Positions 47,683 through 59,574 of a stretch of DNA of 64,000 nt are shown piece by piece. Origin of the DNA: Phaeosaccion multiseriatum. Its lineage: Eukaryota > Protista > Ochrophyta, other classes. The notes under the pieces are model-generated. The model ran no database searches. It saw only the letters and a list, made by a program, of their open reading frames with translations, and was not told the DNA's origin. The DNA lies in the NCBI GenBank assembly GCA_965112735.1, contig OZ218962.1, positions 3,100,001 through 3,164,000 on the forward strand, in the 5' to 3' direction. The translations under genes and the position numbers were made by a program. Numbering within the stretch: position 1 is the stretch's first letter; every line of letters starts with the position of its first letter.

Positions 47683-49029
47683 TCACAGCTCAAGCCCCGA
47701 CCTTGGGCCCTCCACACGCACGCACGCTCGCAGCGCCTTCCGCCCGCGCTTCTTTCTCTCACTCGCCGTCACCATGCTCTCCTCCAGCACCGCCCACTCC
47801 TCCTCTCGCTGCTCATCGGCAGCATCATCACCCCCTCCACCTGAGTGATACCGGTGGTAGGCAGACACAAAGTCTCCAACAATGCTCTCCACGCTGGCCC
47901 CCTTCCTCTTGGTGCGAACCGCACAGTAGGGCAGTAGCCTCACCCTCCTCCGGCCCACAGTCACCACCACGCCATTCGACAGCTCTGTGTCTCGATGACC
48001 CAAGCAGACTGTGGCAGCCTCAGCCCCATCACCCTCCAGCTCCCTCCACAGACCAGCGGGCAGCTGAACCTCGTCCCCGACATGGAGCCCCAGCCTCGCA
48101 ATCAATCCTGTCCCACTCTCCTCCTCCCTGTCGTTCTCTTCATTGTCTTCTTCCTTGGTTGGAAGTCTTGCCCTTTTCCCTTCTCTCCCACGGATGTCGG
48201 TCGCAGCTCGTCGCTTGGATCCAGGCGCACACTGAAGCCCCCCCTCCTGCTGCTCTGCTCTCTCTCGTTTCATTCGAGCATGCCCTTTGCACATCCCACC
48301 TAAGCCACCCTGAGGGTACTTGTTGCAGCCCCCTTCGCTACACCTCTTCCTCACAGCTCCATGAGACGTACACAACCCTCCCTGCTTCGACTGCTTTTGA
48401 CACCCGTCGACAGAACACCTCATGGTCACGGCTCCATGAGACGTACACAATCCTCCCTGCTTCGACTGCTTTTGACACCCCTCGACAGAACACCTCTTCC
48501 TCACAGCTCCATGAGACGTACATAATCCTCCCTGGACACGCCTCTTTTGACACCCCTCGACAGAACACCTCTTCCTCACAGCTCCATGAGACGTACATAA
48601 TCCTCCCTGGATACGATTCTTTCCACACCCCTCGACAGAGCACCTCTTGGTCACAGCTCCATGAGACACACACAATCCTCCCTGCTTCGACTGCTTTTGA
48701 CACCCCTCGACAGAACACCTCTTGGTCACGGCTCCATGAGACGCACACAATCCTCCCTGGACACGCCTCTTTTGACACCCCTCGACAGAACACCTCTTGG
48801 TCACGGCTCCATGAGACGCACACAATCCTCCCTGCTTCGACTGCTTTTGACACCCCTCAACAGAGCACCTCTTGACTACAGCTCCATGGGACACACACAA
48901 CCCTCCCTGCTGCGAATACCTTTGACACCCCTCGACAGAACACTTCTTGGTCACGGCTCCATGAGACGTACACAATCCTCCCTGCTGCGAATACTTTTGA
49001 CACCCCTCAACTTTACACACTCCTGGCAT
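47683..49029 (-). CDS. C3H zinc-finger array protein, copy 2: 9 fingers plus cap
   Basis: Same architecture, intact ORF. Confidence 0.85.
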   Translation of the reverse strand: MPGVCKVEGCQKYSQQGGLCTSHGAVTKKCSVEGCQRYSQQGGLCVSHGAVVKRCSVEGCQKQSKQGGLCASHGAVTKRCSVEGCQKRRVQGGLCASHGAVTKRCSVEGCQKQSKQGGLCVSHGAVTKRCSVEGCGKNRIQGGLCTSHGAVRKRCSVEGCQKRRVQGGLCTSHGAVRKRCSVEGCQKQSKQGGLCTSHGAVTMRCSVDGCQKQSKQGGLCTSHGAVRKRCSEGGCNKYPQGGLGGMCKGHARMKRERAEQQEGGLQCAPGSKRRAATDIRGREGKRARLPTKEEDNEENDREEESGTGLIARLGLHVGDEVQLPAGLWRELEGDGAEAATVCLGHRDTELSNGVVVTVGRRRVRLLPYCAVRTKRKGASVESIVGDFVSAYHRYHSGGGGDDAADEQREEEWAVLEESMVTASERKKRGRKALRACVRVEGPRSGLEL

Positions 49030-50154
49030 AGCTTCCCTCCAAGGCTCCAGTGGTGTCTTTGAAATACTCGAACGCCTTGCTGTTGCTGCTCCTCCTGCCA
49101 CTGCTTTTGCCACTGCTGCTACTTCCGTTGGGAGTCAAGCTCGGTAAGGTAACACTCTCTCGTTTCTCCTCTTGACTTGAGCTAACGGGAAGCCTCTCTT
49201 TGTAGACAGTGGCGACGTCTGCCCTTTGCACGCCTTGCTGCTGCTGCTGCTGCCTACTGCTGAAAATGCCGTCGGGTGTCTCTCCTTATTGGGCTAAAGG
49301 GAACCTAGAGAAGTGGCTTAAAGAGGGGAAAGAGTGAACTACGTTGATGAAGTTGCTGCTGCCGCTGCTGATGGCGCCCCGATGGGTGGATGTGTTCTAC
49401 TCCTTGCTTCGGGGGGGGGGGGGGAGGTGAAGTTGCTGCTCCCGCTGCTGATGGTACCGCTGCTGCTGCTGTCGATGGTTGATCTGTTCTACCCCTTTTG
49501 CAAGGGGGGGGGAGTCCGTACAGAAAGTCAATGAATTAATTAGAGGCATACAGGCGACTTTTATACTCAATCTCAATCTCGCTCCCGCCGGCCAGAGATA
49601 AGATCTTGATGTTAAAGTAAGCTTTAAGCTCTCAGTCACAGGGGAACACATCCAGGCTAAAGGCCTTGGTCGAGCCTCAATGGCTGCTGCTGCCTACCTT
49701 GAGGCGTAACCACCCTGTTGGCCTTCATCCCCGCTGTTGCCTCTACGGTGGTAAGGAAGGAGCAGGTTCCAGGACCGGTTCCACAGACATGGGAGGAGGC
49801 TCTGTGTGCTTTCTAACCTCATGATGAGGGACTCACACTAGACCTGCCTTCCTTCTTTGACGTATACTTCGATCACACTTGAGGTGTCAAACTCCTTCTG
49901 AAGTGTCAGTCTAGACCTGCCTTCCTTCTTTGACGTATACTTCGATCAATCGTCGGAGCGCAGGCTTTGGCCACCTCCGTGCCTTGATGGTTGCCGAGTA
50001 CTCATTCGCCCAAGCCAGCCCCTCCTCCATGTTACCCCCCTCTGTCCCTTCCCACCCCCTGTCCACTCTCCATACACTGCATCAGTGCATCTACTTCAAG
50101 CAGACACTGTCTTAGATACTGAATGACAGAGCACCACTTCTCGTCATCGGGTCT

Positions 50155-51276
50155 TCACAGCTCAAGCCCCGACCTTGGGCCCTCCACACGCACGCACGCT
50201 CGCAGCGCCTTCCGCCCAAGCCTTTTCCTCTCACTCGCCGTCACCATGCTCTCCTCCAGCACCGCCCACTCCTCCTCCTGCTGCTCATCGTCAGCATCAT
50301 CACCCCCTCCACCTGAGTGATACCGGTGGTAGGCAGACACAAAGTCTCCAACAATGCTCTCCACGCTGGCCCCCTTCCTCTTGGTGCGGACCGCACAGTA
50401 GGGCAGTAGCCTCACCCTCCTCCGGCCCACAGTCACCACCACGCCATTCGACAGCTCTGTGTCTCGATGGCCCAAGCACACCGCGGCAGCCTCAGCCCCA
50501 TCACCCTCCAGCTCCCTCCACAGACCAGCGGGCAGCTGAACCTCGTCCCCGACATGGAGCCCCAGCCTCGCAATCAATCCCGTCCCACTCTCCTCCTCCC
50601 TGTCGTTCTCTTCATTGTCTTCTTCCTTGGTTGCAAGTCTTGCCCTTTTCCCTTCTCTCCCACGGATGTCGGTTGCAGCTCGTCGCTTAGATCCAGGCGC
50701 ACACTGAAGCCCCCCCTCCTGCTGCTCTGCTCTCTCTCGTTTCATTCGTGCGTGTCTCATGCACATCCCACCTAAGCCATGCTGAGGGTACTTGTTGCAG
50801 CCCCCTTCGCTACACCTCTTCCTCACAGCTCCATGGGCTGTGCATAATCCTCCCTGCCTCGACCGCTTTTCACACCCTTCGACAGAGCACCTCTTCCTCA
50901 CAGCTCCATGAGACGCACACAATCCTCCCTGCCTCGACTGCTTTTGACACCCCTCGACAGAGCACCTCTTGGTCACAGCTCCATGAGACGCACACAATCC
51001 TCCCTGCTTCGACTGCTTTTGACACCCCTCGACAGAGCACCTCTTGGTCACGGCTCCATGAGACGCACATAATCCTCCCTGCCTCGACTGCTTTTGACAC
51101 CCCTCGACAGAACACCTCTTCACTGGAGCTCCATGGGACACACACAGTCCTCCCTGCCTCGACTGCTTTTGACACCCCTCGACAGAACACCTCTTCCTCA
51201 CAGCTCCATGAGACGTACATAATCCTCCCTGCTGCGACTGCTTTTGACACCCCTCAACTTTACACACTCTTGGCAT
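50155..51276 (-). CDS. C3H zinc-finger array protein, copy 3: 6 fingers plus cap
   Basis: Same architecture, intact ORF. Confidence 0.85.
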   Translation of the reverse strand: MPRVCKVEGCQKQSQQGGLCTSHGAVRKRCSVEGCQKQSRQGGLCVSHGAPVKRCSVEGCQKQSRQGGLCASHGAVTKRCSVEGCQKQSKQGGLCASHGAVTKRCSVEGCQKQSRQGGLCASHGAVRKRCSVEGCEKRSRQGGLCTAHGAVRKRCSEGGCNKYPQHGLGGMCMRHARMKRERAEQQEGGLQCAPGSKRRAATDIRGREGKRARLATKEEDNEENDREEESGTGLIARLGLHVGDEVQLPAGLWRELEGDGAEAAAVCLGHRDTELSNGVVVTVGRRRVRLLPYCAVRTKRKGASVESIVGDFVSAYHRYHSGGGGDDADDEQQEEEWAVLEESMVTASERKRLGRKALRACVRVEGPRSGLEL

Positions 51277-52416
51277 AGCTTCCCTCCAAGGCTCCAGTGG
51301 TGTCTTTGAAATACTCGAACGCCTTGCTGTTGCTGCTCCTCCTGCCACTGCTTTTGTCACTGCTGCTACTTCCGTTGGGAGTCAAGCTCGGTAAGGTAAC
51401 ACTCTCTCGTTTCTCCTCTTGGCTTGAGCTAACGGGAAGCCTCTCTTTGTAGACAGTGGCGACGTCTGCCCTTTGAACGCCTTGCTGCTGCTGCTGCTGC
51501 TGCTGCCTGCTGCTGAGAATGCCGTCTGGGGTCTCTCCTTATTGAGCTAAAGGGAAGCCCTTAGAGAAGTGGCTTAAAGAGGGGCAAGAGTGAACTACTT
51601 TGATGAAGTTGCTGCTGCCGATGGGTCGATGTGTTCTACTCCTTGCTTCGGGGGGGGGGGGGGGGGGAGTTGCTGTTCCCGCTGGTGATGGTACCGCTGG
51701 TGCTGCTGCTGCTGATGGGTTGATCTGTTCTACTCTTTTCCTTGCAGGGGGCGGAGGTCCGAGGTCCCCCTCTCCCTACAGAAAGTCAACGAATTAGAGG
51801 CATACGATCGGCGACCAGCTCTTCGATTTTAAACTCTCTCAATCTCGCTCCCGCCGGCCAGAGATAAGATCTTGAGTTAGGAGTCAGGCTCCTCTCAGTC
51901 ACAGGGGAACACATCCAGGCTAAAGGCCTTGGTCGAGCCTCAATGGCTGCTGCTGCCTACCTTGACGCGTAACCACCCTGTTGGCCTTCATCCCCGCTGT
52001 TGCCTCTATGGTGGTAAGGAAGGAGCAGGTTCCAGGACCGGTTCCACAGACATGGGAGGAGGCTCTGTGTGCTTTCTAACCTCATGATGAGGGACTCACA
52101 CTAGACCTGCCTTCCTTCTTTGACGTATACTTCCATCACACTTGAGGTGTCAAACTCCTTCTGAAGTGTCAGTCTAGACCTGCCTTCCTTCTTTGACGTA
52201 TATTTCGATCAATCGTCGGAGCGGAGGCTTTGGCCACCTCCGTGCCTTGATGGTTGCCGAGTGCTCATTCGCCCAAGCCAGCCCCTCCTCCATGTTACCC
52301 CCCTCTATCCCTTCCCACCCCCTGTCCACTCTCCATACACTGCATCAGTGCATCTGCTTCAAGCAGACAATCTCTTAGATACTGAATGACAGAGCACCAC
52401 TTCTCGTCATCGGTCT

Positions 52417-53763
52417 TCACAGCTCAAGCCCTGACCTTGGGCCCTCCACACGCACGCACGCTCGCAGCGCCTTCCGCCCGCGCTTCTTTCTCTCACTCGC
52501 CGTCACCATGCTCTCCTCCAGCACCGCCCACTCCTCCTCCTGCTGCTCATCGTCAGCATCATCACCCCCTCCACCTGAGTGATACCGGTCGTAGGCAGAC
52601 ACAAAGTCTCCAACAATGCTCTCCACGCTGGCCCCCTTCCTCTTGGTGCGGACCGCACAGTAGGGCAGTAGCCTCACCCTCCTCCGGCCCACAGTCACCA
52701 CCACGCCATTCGACAGCTCTGTGTCTCGATGACCCAGGCAGACCGTGGCAGCCTCAGCCCCATCACCCTCCAGCTCCCTCCACAGACCAGCGGGCAGCTG
52801 AACCTCGTCCCCGACATGGAGCCCCAGCCTCGCAATCAATCCTTCCCCACTCTCCTCCTCCCTGTCGTTCTCTTCATTGTCTTCTTCCTTGGTTGGAAGT
52901 CTTGCCCTCTTCCCTTCTCTCCCACGGATGTCGGTCGCAGCTCGTCGCTTGGATCCAGGCGCACACTGAAGCCCCCCCTCCTGCTGCTCTGCTCTCTCTC
53001 GTTTCATTCGTCCGTGTCTGATGCACATCCCACCTAAGCCATGTTGAGGGTGTTTGTTGCAGCCCCCTTCGCTACACCTCTTCCTCACAGCTCCATGGGC
53101 TGTGCATAATCCTCCCTGCCTCGACTGCTTTTGACACCCCTCGACAGAACACCTCTTGAGTTGAGCCCCATGAGACGCACACAATCCTCCCTGCCTCGAC
53201 TGCTTTTGACACCCCTCGACAGAGCACCTCTTGGTCACAGCTCCATGGGACACACACAATCCTCCCTGCTGCGACTGCTTTTGACACCCCTCGACAGAAC
53301 ACTTCTTGGTCACAGCTCCATGAGACGCACACAATCCTCCCTGCTGCGACTGCTTTTGACACCCCTCGACAGAACACTTCTTGGTCACAGCTCCATGAGA
53401 CGCACACAATCCTCCCTGCCTCGACAGCTTTTGACACCCCTCGACAGAACACCTCTTGAGTTGAGCCCCATGAGACGCACACAATCCTCCCTGCCTCGAC
53501 TGCTTTTGACACCCCTCGACAGAACACCTCTTGGTCACGGCTCCATGAGACGCACATAATCCTCCCTGGACACGCTTCTTTTCACACCCCTCGACAGAAC
53601 ACCTCTTGACTACAGCTCCATGAGACGTACACAATCCTCCCTGCTGCGACTGCTTTTGACACCCCTCGACAGAACACCTCTTGGTCACAGCTCCATGGGA
53701 CACACACAACCCTCCCTGAACCGACTGCTTTTGACACCCCTCAACTTTACACACTCCTGGCAT
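52417..53763 (-). CDS. C3H zinc-finger array protein, copy 4: 9 fingers plus cap
   Basis: Same architecture, intact ORF. Confidence 0.85.
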   Translation of the reverse strand: MPGVCKVEGCQKQSVQGGLCVSHGAVTKRCSVEGCQKQSQQGGLCTSHGAVVKRCSVEGCEKKRVQGGLCASHGAVTKRCSVEGCQKQSRQGGLCASHGAQLKRCSVEGCQKLSRQGGLCASHGAVTKKCSVEGCQKQSQQGGLCASHGAVTKKCSVEGCQKQSQQGGLCVSHGAVTKRCSVEGCQKQSRQGGLCASHGAQLKRCSVEGCQKQSRQGGLCTAHGAVRKRCSEGGCNKHPQHGLGGMCIRHGRMKRERAEQQEGGLQCAPGSKRRAATDIRGREGKRARLPTKEEDNEENDREEESGEGLIARLGLHVGDEVQLPAGLWRELEGDGAEAATVCLGHRDTELSNGVVVTVGRRRVRLLPYCAVRTKRKGASVESIVGDFVSAYDRYHSGGGGDDADDEQQEEEWAVLEESMVTASERKKRGRKALRACVRVEGPRSGLEL

Positions 53764-56019
53764 AGCTTCCCTCCAAGGCTCCAATTTTACTTTTTTTATA
53801 CTAGAACGCCCTGCTGTTGCTGCCCCTCCTGCCACTGCTTTTGTCACTGCTGCTACTTCCGTTGGGAGTCAAGCTCGGTAAGGTATAAGGTAACACTCTC
53901 TCGTTTCTCCTCTTGACTTGAGCCAACGGGAAGCCTCTCTTTGTAGACAGTGGCGACGTCTGCCCTTTGCACGCCTTGCTGCTGCTGCTGCTGCTGCTGC
54001 CTGCTGCTGAAAATGCCGTCGGGTGTCTCTCCTTATTGGGCTATAGGGAAGCCCCTAGAGCAGTGGCTTAAAGAGGGGGAAAGAGTGAATTATAACTACG
54101 TTGATGACGTTGTGCTGCCGCTGCTGATGGTGCCGCTGCTGCTGCTGCCGATGGGTCAATGTGTTCTACTCCTTGCTTCGGGGGGGGGGGGTGAAGTTGA
54201 TGCTCCCGCTGCTGATGGTACCGCTGCTGCTACTGTCGATGGTTGATCTGTTCTACCCTTTTTGCAGGGGAGGTACCCCGTCTCCGTACAGAAAGTCAAT
54301 GAATTAATTAGAGGCATACAGGCGACTTTTATACTCTCTCAATCTCGCTCCCACCGGCCAGAGATAAGATCTTGATGTTAAAGTAAGCTTTAGCTCTCAG
54401 TCACAGGGGAACACATCCAGGCTAAAGGCCTTGGTCGAGCCTCAATGGCTGCTGCTGCCTACCTTGAGGCGTAACCACCCTGTTGGCCTTCATCCCCGCT
54501 GTTGCCTCTACGGTGGTAAGGAAGGAGCAGGTTCCAGGACCGGTTCCACAGACATGGGAGGAGGCTCTGTGTGCTTTCTAACCTCATGATGAGGGACTCA
54601 CACTAGACCTGCCTTCCTTCTTTGACGTATACTTCGATCAATCTTGAGGTGTCAAACTCCTTCTGAAGTGTCAGTCTAGACCTGCCTTCCTTCTTTGACG
54701 TATACTTCGATCAATCGTCGGAGCGCAGGCTTTGGCCACCTCCGTGCCTTGATGGTTGCCGAGTGCTCATTCGCCCAAGCCAGCCCCTCCTCCATGTTAC
54801 CCCCTTCTGTCCCTTCCCACCCCCTGTCCACTCTCCATACACTGCATCAGTGCATCTGCTTCCAGCAGACAATGTCTTAGATACTGATTGACAGAGCACC
54901 ACTTCTCGTCATCGGGTATTCACAGCTCAAGACCCGACCTTGGGCCCTCCACACGCACGCACGCTCGCAGCGCCTTCCGTCCGCGCTTCTTTCTCTCACT
55001 CGCCGTCACCATGCTCTCCTCCAGCACCGCCCACTCCTCCTCTCGCTTCTCGTCATCAGCATCATCACCCCCTCCACCTGAGTGATACCGGTCGTAGGCA
55101 GACACAAAGTCTCCAACAATGCTCTCCACGCTGGCCCCCTTCCTCTTGGTGCGGACCGCACAGTAGGGCAGTAGCCTCACCCTCCTCCGACCCACCGTCA
55201 CCACCACGCCATTCGACAGCTCTGTGTCTCGATGACCCAAGCAGACTGTGGCAGCCTCAGCCCCATCACCCTCCAGCTCCCTCCACAGACCAGCGGGCAG
55301 CTGAACCTCGTCCCCGACATGGAGCCCCAGCCTCGCAATCAATCCTGTCCCACTCTCCTCCTCCCTGTCGTTCTCTTCATTGTCTTCTTCCTTGGTTGGA
55401 AGTCTTGCCCTTTTCCCTTCTCTCCCACGGATGTCGGTCGCAGCTCGTCGCTTGGATCCAGGCGCACACTGAAGCCCCCCCTCCTGCTGCTCTGCTCTCT
55501 CTCGTTTCATTCGTGCGTGTCTGATGCACATCCCACCTAAGCCACCCTGAGGGTACTTGTTGCAGCCCCCTTCACTACACCTCTTCATCACAGCTCCATG
55601 GGACACACACAGTCCTCCCTGCTTCGACTGCTTTTGACACCCGTCGACAGAACACTTCTTGGTCACAGCTCCATGAGACGCACACAATCCTCCCTGCCTC
55701 GACTGCTTTTGACACCCCTCGACAGAGCACCTCATGGTCACAGCTCCATGAGACGCACATAATCCTCCCTGCTTCGACTGCTTTTGACACCCCTCGACAG
55801 AACACCTCTTCACTGGAGCTCCATGGGACACACACAGTCCTCCCTGCCTCGACTGCTTTTGACACCCCTCGACAGAACACCTCTTCCTCACAGCTCCATG
55901 ACACGTACACAACCCTCCCTGCATCGACTGCTTTTGACACCCGTCGACAGAACACCTCTTAAGTTGAGCCCCATGCAAAATACATAATCCTCCCTGCTTC
56001 GACTGCTTTTCACACCCCT

Positions 56020-59000
56020 GCCAGAAGGGTGTGGAGGGTGGCGTCGGTGGGGCCGTTCTTGTGGGCCCTCAGCGCCCTGTTCCAGTTGTTGAGCGCTCTT
56101 TGCTGTAAGCTACGTCAGCTCGATTATCAGCTTACAGCAAAGAGCGCTCAACAACTGGAACAGGGCGCTGAGGGCCCACAAGAACGGCCCCACCGACGCC
56201 ACCCTCCACACCCTTCTGGCATGGGATGTCTTCCACCACCTCCTCCCTGCCATGCTCTTCTCTAAAGACGGAGCCTACAGCCGCCAGCAGCGGATACAGA
56301 TGGTCCTCGACCTCGACATCGCCCCACTCGCACAAGCAGCGATAGCCACAGCACACGCACGCCGCCCACCACCCCCAGCACAGGCACAGACAGAGGAGCG
56401 ACGGAGAGAAACCTGCGCCCACCTGCTCACCAAACCCGGAGGCCTGCACAAGGCCGCGGCGAGGCTCAGCACAAAGAGCAGAGACGGCCACCTCCCCCCC
56501 ACACATGAAACCTTTAGACGCATCCAGCAAGCGCACGTCGACGAGAGCCTCGAGGAGATTAGCACAGCAGCAGCAGCAGCCAGGGAGTACGCCAGAACCC
56601 AGTTGCAGGAGCACCCCGAGAATGGCAACGACGTCACCAGAGAGGAGATCAGCACAGCCATGCTGCTGACCTACCGGAGGGTCAACTTCTGGAAGGGCCA
56701 AGGAGCAGACGGGCGCAGGGCGAGCCACGTCAAGTACCCCCCGGACAGCCCCCAGGAGTACGCAATCGTGGAGGCTCTGACTGACACCTACGAGCTGCTC
56801 CGAACGGGGGACACTCCACTGCCTCCACAGCTCGTCAAACGGTGGTTCAGCACCAGCGCCGCAGCCCTCGGCGAGAAAGCGCGTCCTGTAACATCCCCCA
56901 ACCTCTACCGCAGCCTCGTGGAGAGCTGTCACATGAAGCTCATCGCGGACAGGGTGGGCCCGGAGCTCAGAAGCGCAGGACAGCCAGCGGTAGCGGTCAG
57001 AGGCGGAGGGGAAACACACGCCGCAGCAGCCCAGCTAGCGCACGATGCCGGCAAAACCGTCGTGCTGCAGGACATCACCAAGGCCTACACCCGCGTGTCG
57101 CGTGCCAGAGGCGTCCTAGCCTCAGGCGCACTCCCTACCATCGACCCAGCAGGCATCAACTACGCCATCGCCAGCCTCTCCCACGCCTCCGCCCACAACG
57201 CCCTCACACCAGACGGCACCCAGACCATCCACCAGAGCTCCGGAGTCAACCAAGGAGCACCAGAAGGGCCTCTCATGTTCGCAGCCGCCATGCACCCAGT
57301 GCTGAAAGTTCAGCACACAGCCGACACCGCAGCGAACCGCCCCACCATCTCCGCCTACGCAGACGACCTCATGGACCAGCTAGAACCCGACGCACCCCTC
57401 GCGACCTACGCCCCACGACATGCCCATCTCCAAGCCCAATTCCGAGGCTTGGGCCTCGAGTTCAACGAGAGGAAGACGGTTTACCTCATGGGCAAAGGCA
57501 AGCAGCCAACACAGGCTGACAGGGACCACGCCCAACGGCAGGGCGCCACACTCGCCACCGAGGGTACCGTGGTAGCCGGCATCCCCGTCGGCACGGAGGA
57601 GTACATCGAAGAGTACCTCCGCAACATCCTCGGCCAAGAAGACCCCAGGGGCTACCTCCAACTCGCCAAACACTGCAGCGAGTGGGACAACACCCAGGCG
57701 GCCACCCTCGTCCTCCTCCAATGCCTCCCAGCCAGGCTCACACACCTGGCGAGAGCCATTGACCCCTCCATCTTCCAACGCGCCCTCGGCAGCAGGGCAG
57801 ACCGCACCAACAGAGCGACAATGGCCCACATCATGCGACTCCCCGATGCCCCCCCTCTGGAGCAGGCCGCAGATGCACAAGAGGAGCCATGGACGGAGAC
57901 GCAGCGCCTACAAATGCATACGGCACGGCGCTTCGGCGGCCTCGGCCTCACCAGCCTCCACGACATCGCCCCAGCAGCATACCTTGGCAACAAGATGCTC
58001 ACCCTCCCCCCCCTGCTCAGCCGCACCGCACGCCGGGAAGGCTCCCAAGAGAGCGCCCTACCGGACCAGCTGTTCACCAACGGAGCCCTCAAGAGCGTCG
58101 CCGACAGCGTCAACCTCCTGCACGAGGAGGGGGTCCCTGAGGCCCCCCTCATCCAAGCAGTGGGTCAGGCACAGTTCGACGAGGCCCGCTCACGCGTACT
58201 CGAGCCGCCTGACCACCAAGCCCAAGACACAGCGCGACGCAACGTGCGCAGGAGCCATCAGGCAGGCCGTCAACCGACCCACGGCGTCCAGAAGGCCCTC
58301 ACCACCTTCATCCACAAACGCCGCCATGAGGAGCTGACGCAGAGCATCGCCACCATCGACGTCACACCGGCAGAGGCACAGAGGGGAGAGGAGACACAGG
58401 AAATGGCAACAGCCCGACTCCACTCACAGCGAGGAAGGGGTGCCATGGCCTTCCTCGGAGCGCTCCCCCACGGCCACAACACCATGGCCCCCGCAGAATG
58501 GACCATGGCCCTTCGTCGCAACCTCGGTGTCAACACGCCATACGCGGACCCGCCCCCACCCTGCCTCGGCACAGGCTGCGCCCGCACGGCAAGCACCACC
58601 CACGCCACCATCTGCCCCCGCACAGGCCTCCACAACCACACACACCACCTCCTCGTCAAGGCCTTCGGGAGGATGATGCACAGCGTGGGCATTGGAGGAG
58701 CACGCGTAGAGGACCAGACCTGCTTCGACGGCCCCACGGGCACCCGAGCAGGCCGAGACCTACGCATGGACCTGACCTATCCCGCAGGTAGCTTCCCGGG
58801 AGCGGACGCACCCCTGCGGAGAAACCTCCTCTGCGACATCACCGTCACCAACCCCACCGCCCCCACCCACGTGGGACGGGCCTCCACCACGCCAGGCCAC
58901 GCAGCAGCCGTCGCCGAAGAACGCAAGCACACACACTACATGGGCAGTTTTCTGCCCGGGACTTCAACCCTGAAGTGCATTGCAATCGAGACGTACGGCA

Positions 59001-59574
59001 GACTGGGCCACCAAACGGACGAGCTCATCGAGGCGATGGCCATCCACAAGGCATCAAGAGGGCTCGGCCCCGCAGCGGCGGCAGCCACGGGCCCCATCAA
59101 GGGCCTCCTGCGCCAACAGCTGTCCCTCGCCCTTCAACGCGCCCTCTCACAGCGGGAGATCAGGTATGGCACCCTCCTTCGAGCCACGATGACGCAGCAC
59201 GAAGCAGCAGAAACCCTCGACTGGGGGCTCATGGGAGCCATCGACGGAGCGGCCGCCTGAGGAGCAGGAGTACACCAGACAGCAGACAGCGAGACCATCA
59301 GCACACAGCATCGCAACCACAGTTAGTCACGACTTGTCTCCCGCACCACCCACAGTAGGATAGTTCACATATCGCCTCACTCCTTCCCACACCCCTTCAT
59401 CTCCCCCTCCCCCCTTCACTCCCTTCCCACTCCCCATTATCCCCTACTCTACCACCCTTCCCATCCTCTTTCCCTCCACATCACGCTCCATCAATACCAC
59501 ACATACACGCATCTACACATGGTTACAACTTACCTCGAGCGCTCCAATACTGAGCCCATAAGCTCTAATATACA
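56020..59574 (+). mobile_element. 5'-truncated CRE-like (RT plus restriction-like endonuclease) non-LTR retrotransposon
   Basis: TSD TTTCACACCCCT at 56008-56019 and 59575-59586. Single RT-RLE ORF, pyrimidine-rich 3' UTR and a 5' inverted duplication. Confidence 0.9.
56252..59260 (+). CDS. Reverse transcriptase with CCHC-type finger and PD-(D/E)xK restriction-like endonuclease
   Basis: RT motifs ARPV, QDITKAYTRVSR, GVNQGAPEGPLMF, AYADDL, GLEFNERKT, GIPVG and RFGGLGL. C-terminal CLGTGC...HATIC, RMDL, CDITV, AEERKHTHY and IETYGRLG. The frame stays open upstream to ~56111, so the ORF is N-terminally truncated. Confidence 0.9.
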   Translation: MLFSKDGAYSRQQRIQMVLDLDIAPLAQAAIATAHARRPPPPAQAQTEERRRETCAHLLTKPGGLHKAAARLSTKSRDGHLPPTHETFRRIQQAHVDESLEEISTAAAAAREYARTQLQEHPENGNDVTREEISTAMLLTYRRVNFWKGQGADGRRASHVKYPPDSPQEYAIVEALTDTYELLRTGDTPLPPQLVKRWFSTSAAALGEKARPVTSPNLYRSLVESCHMKLIADRVGPELRSAGQPAVAVRGGGETHAAAAQLAHDAGKTVVLQDITKAYTRVSRARGVLASGALPTIDPAGINYAIASLSHASAHNALTPDGTQTIHQSSGVNQGAPEGPLMFAAAMHPVLKVQHTADTAANRPTISAYADDLMDQLEPDAPLATYAPRHAHLQAQFRGLGLEFNERKTVYLMGKGKQPTQADRDHAQRQGATLATEGTVVAGIPVGTEEYIEEYLRNILGQEDPRGYLQLAKHCSEWDNTQAATLVLLQCLPARLTHLARAIDPSIFQRALGSRADRTNRATMAHIMRLPDAPPLEQAADAQEEPWTETQRLQMHTARRFGGLGLTSLHDIAPAAYLGNKMLTLPPLLSRTARREGSQESALPDQLFTNGALKSVADSVNLLHEEGVPEAPLIQAVGQAQFDEARSRVLEPPDHQAQDTARRNVRRSHQAGRQPTHGVQKALTTFIHKRRHEELTQSIATIDVTPAEAQRGEETQEMATARLHSQRGRGAMAFLGALPHGHNTMAPAEWTMALRRNLGVNTPYADPPPPCLGTGCARTASTTHATICPRTGLHNHTHHLLVKAFGRMMHSVGIGGARVEDQTCFDGPTGTRAGRDLRMDLTYPAGSFPGADAPLRRNLLCDITVTNPTAPTHVGRASTTPGHAAAVAEERKHTHYMGSFLPGTSTLKCIAIETYGRLGHQTDELIEAMAIHKASRGLGPAAAAATGPIKGLLRQQLSLALQRALSQREIRYGTLLRATMTQHEAAETLDWGLMGAIDGAAA

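Noticed and set aside
47560-47685. In-frame continuation after the ZF-gene TGA (RPDDEKWCSVIQYLRQCLL...) as selenocysteine or readthrough
   Set aside because: 1-nt indels immediately after the stop in G1, G4 and G7 break the frame, so it is not conserved. At most it is a relic of an ancestral longer C-terminus.
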